Assembly (NCBI GenBank): GCA_041690395.1
Contig: JAWLHJ010000005.1
Location: 128,001 to 192,000 of the forward strand
Direction: 5' to 3'
DNA length: 64,000 nt
From: Longimicrobiales bacterium
GTDB lineage: Bacteria; Gemmatimonadota; Gemmatimonadetes; Longimicrobiales; Gaopeijiaceae
The notes under the pieces are model-generated. The model worked only from the letters and a program-made list of their open reading frames with translations, did not search any database and had not been told where the DNA came from. Both the position numbers and the translations under genes were made by a program. Numbering within the stretch: position 1 is the first letter of the stretch; each line of letters opens with the position of its first letter. Shown in pieces: positions 49,732 through 60,646 of this stretch.

Positions 49732-49960
49732 CTATTGAAGCGCCTCGTGTAGATACGCTCGGGCCCGAGTCCATTCGCGCTCCACGGTTCGCGTGGACGC
49801 ACCCACCGCCTCCGCCGTGTCCGCCACGGACATCCCCCCGAAGAACCGGCACTCCACGATGCGCCCCATCCGGGCGTCGTGCCTCTCGAGTCCCCGGAGC
49901 GCCTCGTCGATGCTCAGCATTCGTGTCACCTCGGCCTCGACCACGGCTACGTCGTCCCTG
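49732..49960 (-). pseudogene. C-terminal (region 4) remnant of an ECF sigma factor
   Basis: IDEAL..L...D.R..RIVECRFFGGMS..TA...GAS.RTVEREW..ARAYL; no region 2 upstream. Confidence 0.7.
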
Positions 49961-50242
49961 AGCGGCGGTCGGCGCCGGCGACACCGTGATCTCCACCGGA
50001 TCCCCGAGGCCGCCCGCCGGGACCGAGAGGCTCGCCTCACCGTCGTCCGTGGCGGCCGTTCCGAATTCGGGCGAGCCAGCCACCATGCGTCCTGAAAGCA
50101 AGGGATTCAACAGAGCCAGCTGGGCGCGCGCGGTTACCGGAGGAGTGGTTGCTCGACGCTACGTGTGCCGATACCTTCGGTCGTGACGAGTTGCCGGCCT
50201 CCTCCGACCTCCTGGACGGATGAGCTCAGACCAGACGCTTCG

Positions 50243-51052
50243 ATGATGAGTGTGCGCGGCCCCGGTGCATCGGCGGTGCGGGGAGTCACGGGGAGCGCGC
50301 TCGTCACAGTGCTCGCGCTCGCCGGAGCGCGGGCACCCGTCGGGGCACAAGTCTCGGTCATTCACGGTCGTGTGGACGACGCCATCTCCCGGATGCCCCT
50401 GGCCGATGCCACGGTGTTCTCGGCGGATTCCACATACGCTGCCGCAACCGACTCGACGGGTCTCTTCGTCATTCGGGTGCCGGACGGCGACTCTCTGGAG
50501 GTCCTGGTAGAAAGAGTCGGCTATCGAACGACGTGGTTCCGACTGCCCGAAGGGGCGGAAGAGCGGCGGTCGATCCTCCTGCTGGAGCCCGCACCCATCG
50601 AGCTGCAGGGCATCGACGTCGTCGGGGAGTCGGCGGTGACCGAGATGCTGGAGGGCCTGGAGAGGAGGCGGAACGCATTCCCCGGAGCAGTCGGCACTTT
50701 TGATCGGGCCCGCCTTGAGCGGCTCGCGCCGATCGGGAGCGTGTGGGACTTCCTGCGTCGCGAAGCCTCGTACGTATACCCATGCGGGTCGTCCCTGAGC
50801 GGCCTGTGCTCGCGTGAGAACCGGGGTCGCAGGAGCGTCCTGTTCGCTCCCTCCCAGGACCACGTCATCCTATGCCTCGATGGCCGCGATTCGTGGATCG
50901 ACGAAGTGGCGGGCATGGACATCGAGTCCGTGGCGCTCATCGAGATCTATCGCCACGGGAGAGGCGGGATTCGCGTCTACACCCCCGGGTACATCACGTC
51001 GCGTGCACGACGCGGGCACACCGTGGCCATGCCCCTCGAGTTCGGTTGCTGA
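50243..51052 (+). CDS. Carboxypeptidase-like regulatory domain secreted protein
   Basis: GRVDD...PLADATV...TDSTGLF..VERVGY; plug-like IESVALIEIYR. Confidence 0.7.
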   Translation: MMSVRGPGASAVRGVTGSALVTVLALAGARAPVGAQVSVIHGRVDDAISRMPLADATVFSADSTYAAATDSTGLFVIRVPDGDSLEVLVERVGYRTTWFRLPEGAEERRSILLLEPAPIELQGIDVVGESAVTEMLEGLERRRNAFPGAVGTFDRARLERLAPIGSVWDFLRREASYVYPCGSSLSGLCSRENRGRRSVLFAPSQDHVILCLDGRDSWIDEVAGMDIESVALIEIYRHGRGGIRVYTPGYITSRARRGHTVAMPLEFGC

Positions 51053-51188
51053 GCATGCGGGGGCCGAAGACGGGTAACCCCGTCGACATGGCCGCAACCG
51101 GAGTCGGCGCCCTGTGCGGCATCTCCCCGCATTCGGGCTACCTTGGAGGATTCGTGCTGCGGGTGGAATCATCCAAGGAGAGCGAGGC

Positions 51189-52526
51189 ATGACGTCGAAC
51201 CGTCGGTGGGCCACGGTGCGAAGGTGCGCCGTCGCGGTCTCATGGATTCTGCTTCTCGCAGGGTGGCCCGCGGCCGCGAGCCCACAGATCCTCACGGGCG
51301 CGCCCGACACCGCCGCCGCCCCGACCCAGGCCGTCGTCGCCCCGCCGGATTCGGTGCTCTCCGCCAGACTCCGGGCCGTGTACGGGAGCTTCGAGGAGTT
51401 CGAGGAGGTCACGTTCTCCGTGACCGAAGGAGTCGTGCGTCTCGCCGGAACCGTCGACAACCCGGACGTGCGTCGACGGCTCGAGGAGCTCAGCAACGAG
51501 ATCCAGGGGGTCGTCTACGTCGTCAGCGACGTGGAGACGGCCACGGACGTGGAGACCCGCCTCACACCGGCGGTGGCCCAGATCCAGGAGTACTGGGAAG
51601 CCCTCGTGGCCCAGCTCCCGGTAATGGCGGTGGCCCTCCTCGTCGTCATGCTCTTCTGGGGCGCCAGCTTCATGCTCGGCCGGTGGCGACGGCCCGCCAC
51701 CTGGACGGGGATCAACCCGCTTCTGTGGGGCTTCATCGGTCGCCTGGTGCGCGGGTTCATGGTGGCGGTTGGGCTGCTGCTCGCTTTCGACATCCTGGGA
51801 ATAACCAGCCTCATGGGTGCGGTCCTCGGCACCGCGGGCATCGTCGGCCTCGCCATCGGCTTCGCCTTTCAGGACATCGTCGAGAACTATCTGGCGGGTA
51901 TGCTGCTCAGCTTGCGGCGCCCCTTCTCGGTGAACGACCTCGTCCGGGTGGGCGAGTTCGAGGGCCGTATCGTTCGGCTCACCTCACGGGAGCTCGTCCT
52001 CCTCACTCCGGAAGGGAATCATGTGAGGCTGCCCAACGCACACGTCTTCAAGAACCCGCTCACGAACTTCACCATCAATCCGCGCCGCCTGTTCCAGTTC
52101 GAGGTCGGGATCTCCGTGGACGAGGAGCTTCAGCGGGCGCTCGCCGTCGGCGTCGGAACACTGAAGGCCATGGCCGGAGTGATGGAAGATCCCGGACCCT
52201 TCGGTCGGGTGATGGCGTTAGGTGAATCCACGGTAGCCGTCCGCTTCCACGGCTGGGTCGACCAGCGCGCCACGGATTTCCTGAAAGTACGGAGCGAGGC
52301 GATCCGCCTGGTGAAGGCCGCTCTGGACGCCGAAGGCATCGTGATGCCCGAGCCCACCTACCGCGTGCTGACACGGGCGCTGCCGGAGAAGAAGGCGACG
52401 GTCACCGCGCTCCCCAGCGACGTGGAGAGCGAGGCGGCCCTCATCGACGTGAAGCCGGATCACGAGCTCGAGAAGCAGGTGCTCGACGAGCTGAAGGAAT
52501 CGGGGGACGAGAACCTGTTGCCGTGA
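51189..52526 (+). CDS. MscS mechanosensitive channel with N-terminal BON domain
   Basis: GIVGLAIGFAFQDIVENYLAG..LRRPF; BON-like VTEGVVRLAGTV. Confidence 0.9.
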   Translation: MTSNRRWATVRRCAVAVSWILLLAGWPAAASPQILTGAPDTAAAPTQAVVAPPDSVLSARLRAVYGSFEEFEEVTFSVTEGVVRLAGTVDNPDVRRRLEELSNEIQGVVYVVSDVETATDVETRLTPAVAQIQEYWEALVAQLPVMAVALLVVMLFWGASFMLGRWRRPATWTGINPLLWGFIGRLVRGFMVAVGLLLAFDILGITSLMGAVLGTAGIVGLAIGFAFQDIVENYLAGMLLSLRRPFSVNDLVRVGEFEGRIVRLTSRELVLLTPEGNHVRLPNAHVFKNPLTNFTINPRRLFQFEVGISVDEELQRALAVGVGTLKAMAGVMEDPGPFGRVMALGESTVAVRFHGWVDQRATDFLKVRSEAIRLVKAALDAEGIVMPEPTYRVLTRALPEKKATVTALPSDVESEAALIDVKPDHELEKQVLDELKESGDENLLP

Positions 52527-52571
52527 TGAAGTCGATTCCAGTGGGTCGCAGAACTGGCCCGTGGCCCGAAG

Positions 52572-53225
52572 CTAGCTTGGTGCTTTGGCGAAGCGCAGGT
52601 AGGGGAGCCTGATATCGATCTCGCCGAACCTGCTCTTCGCCTGCTCGTCGTCGAGGCTCAGCCCCACGATCACGTCCTGGCCCGGCACCCAGTCGGCGGG
52701 CGTGGATACGGGGACGCCGTCGGTCATCTGCACTGCATCGAGCGCACGCAGGATCTCTGCGAAGTTACGACCCACCGACATCGGATAGGCCATCATGAGC
52801 CGGATCTTCTTGTCCGGCCCGATGATGAATACCGTTCGCACGGTGGCGCTGTCGGCAGGGGTGCGGCCATCGGGCAGGTACGCATCGGCGGGTAGCATGT
52901 CGTAGAGCTTGGCGACTTGCAGTGAGGTGTCGTCGATGATCGGAAAGTCCGCGGGGGCACCGGCGAAGGCCTCGATGTCGCGCTTCCACTTGCGGTGCTC
53001 TTCGACGGTGTCGACCGACACGCCCATGACTCTGGTGTTGCGCTTGGCGAACTCGGGGGCGAGGCGGGCGACCGCTCCGAATTCAGTAGTGCAGACCGGC
53101 GTGAAGTCCTTTGGGTGCGAAAACAGGATGGCGTAGCTGTCGCCCATCCAGTCGTGGAAGGTAAGCTCGCCAGCGGTGGAGTCGGTCGTGAAGTCGGGGG
53201 CGACGTCGTTGATTCGTAGGGACAT
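52572..53225 (-). CDS. 1-Cys peroxiredoxin (Prx6 family)
   Basis: FSHPKDFTPVCTTE; YPMSVGRNFAEILR. Confidence 0.95.
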   Translation of the reverse strand: MSLRINDVAPDFTTDSTAGELTFHDWMGDSYAILFSHPKDFTPVCTTEFGAVARLAPEFAKRNTRVMGVSVDTVEEHRKWKRDIEAFAGAPADFPIIDDTSLQVAKLYDMLPADAYLPDGRTPADSATVRTVFIIGPDKKIRLMMAYPMSVGRNFAEILRALDAVQMTDGVPVSTPADWVPGQDVIVGLSLDDEQAKSRFGEIDIRLPYLRFAKAPS

Positions 53226-53414
53226 GATGGTTCCTTCCTGGCTGGCGCAACGGGCTCGACCTTCCTCACGGTGACGATGGGAGGCACGAGCGGCTTGGCG
53301 CAAGGCATGCGTCGGCGATCCCGTCGCTTGCCCGAGGACCGGAGCACGCAGCGATCCGCGCGCGCCACTGAAGTGGGACTCAGCGTGTGTTTTGGTCAGT
53401 GGGAGCATGTGCTC

Positions 53415-55274
53415 TCAGAACGGAAACATCACCGGCACCAGGAGCACGGTGATCACGAGGATGATGGCCTGGAGCGCCACGCCCACCTTGAAGAAGTCGC
53501 CGAAACGGTAGCCGCCGGGCCCGAGCACCAACGTGTTGACCGGTGAAGCCACCGGGGTAGCGAAGGCGGTCGACGCCGCGACGGCAAGGGTCATCAGGAA
53601 GGGCTCCGGTCGGGCCCCGACCCCCAGCGCGAGGGACGAGGCGATGGGGGCGAGGAGCACAGCCGTTGCCGTGTTGGAAATGACCTGGCTCAGGGCCGAG
53701 GTGAGGAGAAAGAGCGCCGCCAGGAGGAGCAGGGGGCCGGCGCCCTCCATGAGACCCGAGAGGGACGCTACGAGCCACGCCATCCCGCCGGTGGCCTCCA
53801 GCGCTGTGGCCATCGGGAGAATGCCGGCGATGAGGACCACGCTCTCCCAGTTCACCGCACGATAGGCGTCCTCCACCGTGACGCATCCGGTGAGGACCAT
53901 GCCGACGGCGGCCAGGAGCACTGCCGTGACCGGCGGGACGATGCCCAGGGTGAGGAGGGCCATCATGGCCACCATCATTCCCACGGCGAGCGGTGCCCGC
54001 GCGAGGGGCGCCAGCGCGTCCGACATCTCGCGTGGCGCCATGGCCACGATGAAGTCCCGGGTCTCCCGCTGGAGAAGCCGAATCCGCTCCCACTCGCCCT
54101 GCACGAGCAGGGTGTCGCCGAATCGGAGGGAGAGGTCGGCCAGCGAAGCGGAAACCAGCTCTCCCAGGCGCTTCACCCCGACCACGTTGAGCTGGTAGCG
54201 GTCCCGGAAGCGGATGTCCTGGAGGGTCTTGCCCACGAGCCGGGATCGAGGGGCCAGCAGCACCTCGGCCATCCCGGTCTCGGGACCCGTCGGGTCGCCC
54301 TCGAGCTCTTCGCCGAGGAGGTGGAATCCCATGCGTGCCACGAGGCGGTGCACTCCGTCGGGACTTCCTTGAAGGACCAGCTCGTCGCCGGCCCGGAGGC
54401 TCGACGTGGCGAGAGCCGGCCGGGTCCGTGCGACGCCAGGCCGTGGCTTCCTCCGGCGCTCGCCGCCGACGCCCTCCCGGATCTCCGTGACCGTGACCCC
54501 GAATCGGGCCGGAAGCTCCGCGTCGCCCAGCGCGGTTCCCACGAGCGGGGACTCGGACCCCAGCCGGACCCGAAAGAGCGATGGCGCCAGCTCCCACTCC
54601 CCCGCCAGGTCCGAGAGCGTGGGGGCATCGGTGGAGGCGGCGGGGCGGGCGGGGCTCGGGCGGTCCGGGAGAAGGCGGCGTCCCGCCAGCGCCATGAAGG
54701 TCACCCCTGCGACCACCATGGCCAGGCCCACCGGGGTGAAGTCGAACATGCCGAAGCCCTCGCGGCCCAGCGACTCAAGGTGCTGGCTCACCACGATGTT
54801 GGGGGCCGTGCCGATGAGGGTGAGCATACCCCCGAGGAGCGAGGCGACCGAGAGGGGAATGAGGAGTCGGGAAGGGGAGATGTCCCGGGCCCAGGCGAGC
54901 CCCATGACTACCGGGAGCATGACCGCCACGGTGCCGGTGGAGCTCATGATGCCCGAGAGGAGCGCGACGAGCAGCATGATGACGACGAGGAGCCGAACCT
55001 CGGAGTCGCCGGCGAGCCTCGCCGGGAGGCGTCCCATGGCTCGAGCGACGCCGGTCTGGAAGAGGCCGTCGCCCACCACGAAGAGCCCGGCGATCATGAT
55101 GACCACGGGGTCCGAGAAGCCGGCCAACGCCTCGCCGGGGGTGAGGATGCCGGTGAGGGTCAGGGCCAGGAGCGCCATGAGGGCCGCCACGTCGAGGCGG
55201 AGGCGCTCGCTCACGAAGAGCACGATCGTGACGGCGAGAATGCCGAAGACGAGGAGGGCGGCGGCGGAAGGCAT
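53415..55274 (-). CDS. SLC13/DASS-family permease with two TrkA-C domains
   Basis: GGMLTLIGTAPN, SNTATAVL, TPVASPVN...GGYRFGDF. Confidence 0.93.
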   Translation of the reverse strand: MPSAAALLVFGILAVTIVLFVSERLRLDVAALMALLALTLTGILTPGEALAGFSDPVVIMIAGLFVVGDGLFQTGVARAMGRLPARLAGDSEVRLLVVIMLLVALLSGIMSSTGTVAVMLPVVMGLAWARDISPSRLLIPLSVASLLGGMLTLIGTAPNIVVSQHLESLGREGFGMFDFTPVGLAMVVAGVTFMALAGRRLLPDRPSPARPAASTDAPTLSDLAGEWELAPSLFRVRLGSESPLVGTALGDAELPARFGVTVTEIREGVGGERRRKPRPGVARTRPALATSSLRAGDELVLQGSPDGVHRLVARMGFHLLGEELEGDPTGPETGMAEVLLAPRSRLVGKTLQDIRFRDRYQLNVVGVKRLGELVSASLADLSLRFGDTLLVQGEWERIRLLQRETRDFIVAMAPREMSDALAPLARAPLAVGMMVAMMALLTLGIVPPVTAVLLAAVGMVLTGCVTVEDAYRAVNWESVVLIAGILPMATALEATGGMAWLVASLSGLMEGAGPLLLLAALFLLTSALSQVISNTATAVLLAPIASSLALGVGARPEPFLMTLAVAASTAFATPVASPVNTLVLGPGGYRFGDFFKVGVALQAIILVITVLLVPVMFPF

Positions 55275-55432
55275 GGTCCTTCGAGTGTGGCGAAGCGCGC
55301 GTGGAGGCTCAATGGCCGTCGGCCACTCCTTTCCCTTGAGCGCTCGGGAGATCGTCCTTAGGATTCCTCGCTCCCACCTCGTCGGCGGGCCCGAATCGGG
55401 CTGCCGCCATCCAACAGCCCAGCGCCCATACG

Positions 55433-55852
55433 ATGAACGCCACCATCGAAGACCTGATGGTCAAGTCCGTGGTCACCACCCGTCCCCACAAGTCGGTCGG
55501 GCACGTGAAGGACATCATGAAGACCAACGGCATCCAGTCCGTGCCCGTGGTGGACGAGGAGAAGCAGGTCCTCGGCATCGTCACCTCGACGGACATGCTG
55601 GAAGACCTGTCGGACAACACGCCGGTGAGCAACGTGATGACCAAGAGCGTCTACAGCGTGCCGCTCTACTCGGACGTCCACATCGCCGCGCGGGTGATGC
55701 GCAACCACAAGATCCACCACGTGGTCGTGACCCACGAGCAGCAGCTCGTCGGGATCCTCAGCTCGTTCGATCTGCTGCGGTTGGTGGAAGACCACCGGTT
55801 CGTCATGAAGAACCCGCCAACGCCGTCGAAGAGGGAAGCCAAGCGGGGGTGA
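55433..55852 (+). CDS. CBS-pair protein
   Basis: VPVVD...LGIVT.TD; LVGILS.FDLL. Confidence 0.9.
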   Translation: MNATIEDLMVKSVVTTRPHKSVGHVKDIMKTNGIQSVPVVDEEKQVLGIVTSTDMLEDLSDNTPVSNVMTKSVYSVPLYSDVHIAARVMRNHKIHHVVVTHEQQLVGILSSFDLLRLVEDHRFVMKNPPTPSKREAKRG

Positions 55853-55970
55853 CGAGGGGGCGACATGCCCCCCGAGACCTTCGCCGTCGGCGCGCTCACC
55901 GACTTGAATCCTTTCTGTCGGATTCTGGCTCTCCCGAGTAGAGATCACCCAAATGGAGGAGCGCAGAACC

Positions 55971-56183
55971 ATGGCCAGCAAGCTTTTCACCCGGAACGAG
56001 CACATCGTGGAGCGTGTGGTGCGGGTCGTCCTCGGACTCGCCCTGCTGAGCATCGTGTTCGTCGGGCCTCGGACCTACTGGGGTCTCATCGGGATCGTCC
56101 CGCTCGCGACCGGGCTTCTCGGCACGTGCCCCCTCTACTCGATGATCGGCTTCAGCACCTGCGCGCGTGACGGTACCTGCTGA
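55971..56183 (+). CDS. DUF2892 (YgaP-like) membrane protein
   Basis: N...ERVVRVVLG...GIVPLATG..GTCPLY...G.STC. Confidence 0.88.
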   Translation: MASKLFTRNEHIVERVVRVVLGLALLSIVFVGPRTYWGLIGIVPLATGLLGTCPLYSMIGFSTCARDGTC

Positions 56184-56727
56184 CGACGCGGAGCTTCTGA
56201 GGCGTAGTGCCGCAGGAGATCAGCCCGCGTTCACGGAGTTGATGGACCGCCACGCCGATGCGGTCCATCGGCTCCTCCTCTCGCTCGGCGCGGGCCAGGA
56301 CGACGCCGAGGATGCTTTGCAGGATTGCTTCGTGTCTGCATGGCTGAGCGCCGGGACTTTCAGGGGGACCGCCTCGGCGAGAGCATGGCTCTTCTCCATC
56401 GCCCGAAACGCCCTGCGTAGACAGCACCGGCGGCGAGCGGGGGAGCCCACCGAGATGGAAGGCCTGGAGGCACTCGGGGCTGCCGCGGGATGGGGCGTGC
56501 AGTCGGATTTCAGGCACCGTTTCGAGATGCGCGATGAGCTCGAGTGGGCGTTGAGCAGGATCCTGCCCGAGGAAAGGGAGGTCGTCGTGCTTCGTGACCT
56601 GGAGGGCTTGAGTGGGGAGGAAGCCGCCGAGGTCCTCGAGCTGAGCGTGGCCGCGATGAAGAGCCGCCTGCACCGAGGGCGGTTGCGTCTCATGGGCCTC
56701 GTACGAACGGAGGAGACGAATGCCTGA
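56167..56727 (+). CDS. ECF sigma factor
   Basis: DAEDALQDCF, AWLFSIARN, LRDLEGLS..EAA..MKSRLHRGR. Confidence 0.92.
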   Translation: MTVPADDAELLRRSAAGDQPAFTELMDRHADAVHRLLLSLGAGQDDAEDALQDCFVSAWLSAGTFRGTASARAWLFSIARNALRRQHRRRAGEPTEMEGLEALGAAAGWGVQSDFRHRFEMRDELEWALSRILPEEREVVVLRDLEGLSGEEAAEVLELSVAAMKSRLHRGRLRLMGLVRTEETNA

Positions 56728-57001
56728 CCTCGATCGAGTCGTCGGAGGGCTCCGATGCCGTGACGTGCTGGACCTGCTCGCCGACTTCGTGGACGGCGAC
56801 CTCGATCCGACCACGCTCGAGAAGGTACGAGCGCACCTCCGTGGCTGCGACAGGTGTGAGAAGTTCGGAGGGGATTACGCAGCCCTGGTCGCTCAGCTAC
56901 GCGAAGGCCGGGAGCGATTCGAGGGGACCCCCGGGGTCCGGCATCGGCTGGCAGCGCGGATGGCCCGTGTCTGGTCGGGAGATGAGCGGGTAAGTCGCTG
57001 A
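56720..57001 (+). CDS. zf-HC2 (ZAS) anti-sigma factor
   Basis: C..V..LL.DFVDG.L......HLRGCDRC; overlaps the sigma gene. Confidence 0.88.
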   Translation: MPDLDRVVGGLRCRDVLDLLADFVDGDLDPTTLEKVRAHLRGCDRCEKFGGDYAALVAQLREGRERFEGTPGVRHRLAARMARVWSGDERVSR

Positions 57002-57100
57002 GTCGGAGATGACGCGCGCGTTAGCCGGTTCAGGGGCGCCACGTGTCGCGCGGCCGCGTCACGAGCGCCCCGTTTTCGCGGTTCCGAGCCACGAGGCGAG

Positions 57101-57116
57101 CGGCACGAAGCTCGCA
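57101..57116 (+). promoter_or_regulatory. Possible sigma-54 promoter of the ATP-grasp gene
   Basis: CGGCACG-AAGC-TCGCA against TGGCACG-N4-TTGCW. Confidence 0.45.
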
Positions 57117-57231
57117 TGCCATCGAGGGCAGCACGATCGAATGAGCGTGACGCCCGACCGTGGTCGCCGCCGGTCGAGACTCCTCCTGCGCTTCGGCGGG
57201 CGCGGCAACTCGACTCATGTCATGGAGAAGG

Positions 57232-58497
57232 ATGTTCTCGACCGACAGGCGTGAGCCCCCTCCGGTGATCGTGGCTGGCCTGACCCTCAACGGCGCCACG
57301 GTCCTTCGCAGAATGGTACGGCTAGGCTACGCGGCGCGGGGCCTGAGCTTCAACCCGGATGAGCCGGGGTGGCACGTGAGCGGTGCCCTCCGCCATCGTA
57401 CCCCCGACCCGAGAGAGGACTTCGAGGGATGGGTGGGCGCTTTGCTCCAGCTGGGGGACGAGTTCGAGGAGCCGCCACCCGTTCTACCCATGTCCGACGT
57501 TCACGTCGTTGCGTTCGACCGAGCCACGTCTCACCTGGCCGGACGGTTTCGTCTGCACGGTCTCGGCAACCGCCTGCACACGCGCCTGACGTCGAAGCGC
57601 CACACGTTCGAGCTGGCCGCGGAAGAGAACTTCTCGCGACCCGCATCACGGTGGGTGGAAAGCCGGGACGAGCTGGCCGACTTCGCGGACGAGTTGTCGG
57701 GACCGGTCCTGTTCAAGCCGGAATTCACGTACCAGTGGAGGAATCGCACCGCGGCACCGGTCGTCGGAAGGCGTAAGGTGGCCACGGGGCGGACCAAGGA
57801 CGAGTTGCTCGGCGCCTACGACGAGATCGCTCCCTTCACCCCGGGCGTGCTCGCCCAGGAGGTGATCCCCGGGCCCGACAGCAATCTCGTCTACTGGTGC
57901 GGGTTCGTGGGCCCGGAACGGAGGGTGGGGGGGCGTCTGGTGGGGGTGAAGCGGAGAATCGTGCCGATCCACTACGGGTCGGCCACCTTCGTGGAGCTCG
58001 TCGACGCGCCGGAGGTCGAGGATCAATGCGAGCGGTTTCTCACCGCCCTCGGATACGAAGGCCTTTGCGGAATCGAGCTCAAGCACGATCCGAGGGACGG
58101 GGTCGCGAAGCTGATCGAGGTCAACCCGCGGTATAGCCTTTGGGACGACATCGGCGTGCCCGTGGGTGTCGATCTCGCGCATGAAGCCGTGCGCTCTTTG
58201 CTCGGCGACCCGACCCAGCCCAGGCGACCCCACCACTTCCGGCAGAAGTGGGTCGAGCTGTGCCGCGACGTGCCCGCGGCGCTGGCGTACCGGAACGAGG
58301 GCCTCCTCTCCGCGAGCGCCTGGCTCTGGAGCCTGCGGCCTCCGGTCGTCGTGAACGACCTGCCGATCCTGGACGACCCGGGTTATGCCTGCCACATGGT
58401 TTCGCGACGGGTGCGGAAGCTCGTCCACCGTGCTCGGGTCCGCTACGGCGCCCCGGTGCGACAGTTGACGCGTCCTTTACCCGAAACCGCTCCTTAG
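57232..58497 (+). CDS. ATP-grasp ligase (D-aspartate ligase-like)
   Basis: SK..F..A, FKP, QEVIPG, IELK.DPRDG..KLIEVNPR; start approximate. Confidence 0.85.
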   Translation: MFSTDRREPPPVIVAGLTLNGATVLRRMVRLGYAARGLSFNPDEPGWHVSGALRHRTPDPREDFEGWVGALLQLGDEFEEPPPVLPMSDVHVVAFDRATSHLAGRFRLHGLGNRLHTRLTSKRHTFELAAEENFSRPASRWVESRDELADFADELSGPVLFKPEFTYQWRNRTAAPVVGRRKVATGRTKDELLGAYDEIAPFTPGVLAQEVIPGPDSNLVYWCGFVGPERRVGGRLVGVKRRIVPIHYGSATFVELVDAPEVEDQCERFLTALGYEGLCGIELKHDPRDGVAKLIEVNPRYSLWDDIGVPVGVDLAHEAVRSLLGDPTQPRRPHHFRQKWVELCRDVPAALAYRNEGLLSASAWLWSLRPPVVVNDLPILDDPGYACHMVSRRVRKLVHRARVRYGAPVRQLTRPLPETAP

Positions 58498-58549
58498 CAA
58501 GGACCGGTGACTTCCGGAATATCGCGCCATACGTGACGCCGGGCGTGGC

Positions 58550-59302
58550 ATGAAGCTTGAGACTCCTACCTCTCGAGCGGGCTCGCCGCTGACGCCCCCC
58601 AACAGGATGGTGCGGATGGCTAGACAAGGGATGGCGCCTGTCGTCGGGCTCGTGTTGCTTTTCGTTGGTTGCGCGGACTCGGATCACGCGGAGACGCCAC
58701 CGACGGCGGACGCGTTGCTCGCGTCGACCGCTGCGTTGTACCAGGATCTCCGGTCCACGCTCGATCAGTTCGGAGTGCAGATGGAGCGACTCGATCAGCG
58801 CTATCAGAGCGCCACGGAGAACGTGGCGGCGACCTGGTCGGAGACGCGGGCCGAGATACGGGAATACCGAGAGGGGCTCGAGGCCAATCTCGCCAGGCTC
58901 GAAGGGGCGAGTGTGGACGAAGCCCAGAGGCTGAAGCGTCAGATGGCGGAGGATCTCGAGCGCCTGACGGAGCGTCTCGAGCGCGCCGACCTGGAGGCCG
59001 TCGAGGACGACAGGGAGTTCCTCTCGGCCTCGCGGGATCGCATGGTCCGGGTGGAGGAGGACCTCGAGGTCCTCGGTGACGAGGTCGCATCCCTTTCGGC
59101 GGAAGCGCGTGAGGAAGCGTCAGCGACGCTCGAGGCGCTCCGCGACCAGGCCGGTAAGCTCGAGACCCGGCTGGACGGCCTCAGCGATGCCACGGCTGAG
59201 GAGATCGAGAGCCGACGCACCGACATCGCCCGGGCGCTCGGAGCCCTGACGGCTTCGGTTCGGCGAGAGCTGTTCGAGATGAGACAGGTGGTGACCGATT
59301 AG
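58550..59302 (+). CDS. Coiled-coil lipoprotein (start probably ~58606-58630)
   Basis: Lipobox LFVGC; helical E/A/R-rich repeats. Confidence 0.7.
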   Translation: MKLETPTSRAGSPLTPPNRMVRMARQGMAPVVGLVLLFVGCADSDHAETPPTADALLASTAALYQDLRSTLDQFGVQMERLDQRYQSATENVAATWSETRAEIREYREGLEANLARLEGASVDEAQRLKRQMAEDLERLTERLERADLEAVEDDREFLSASRDRMVRVEEDLEVLGDEVASLSAEAREEASATLEALRDQAGKLETRLDGLSDATAEEIESRRTDIARALGALTASVRRELFEMRQVVTD

Positions 59303-59308
59303 TGTCGC

Positions 59309-60630
<1,322 letters not shown>

Positions 60631-60646
<16 letters not shown>

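Noticed and set aside
57009..57254. RiPP precursor for the ATP-grasp enzyme
   Set aside because: No graspetide-like core or leader motif; overlaps the putative promoter; the enzyme is not RimK/MvdD-like
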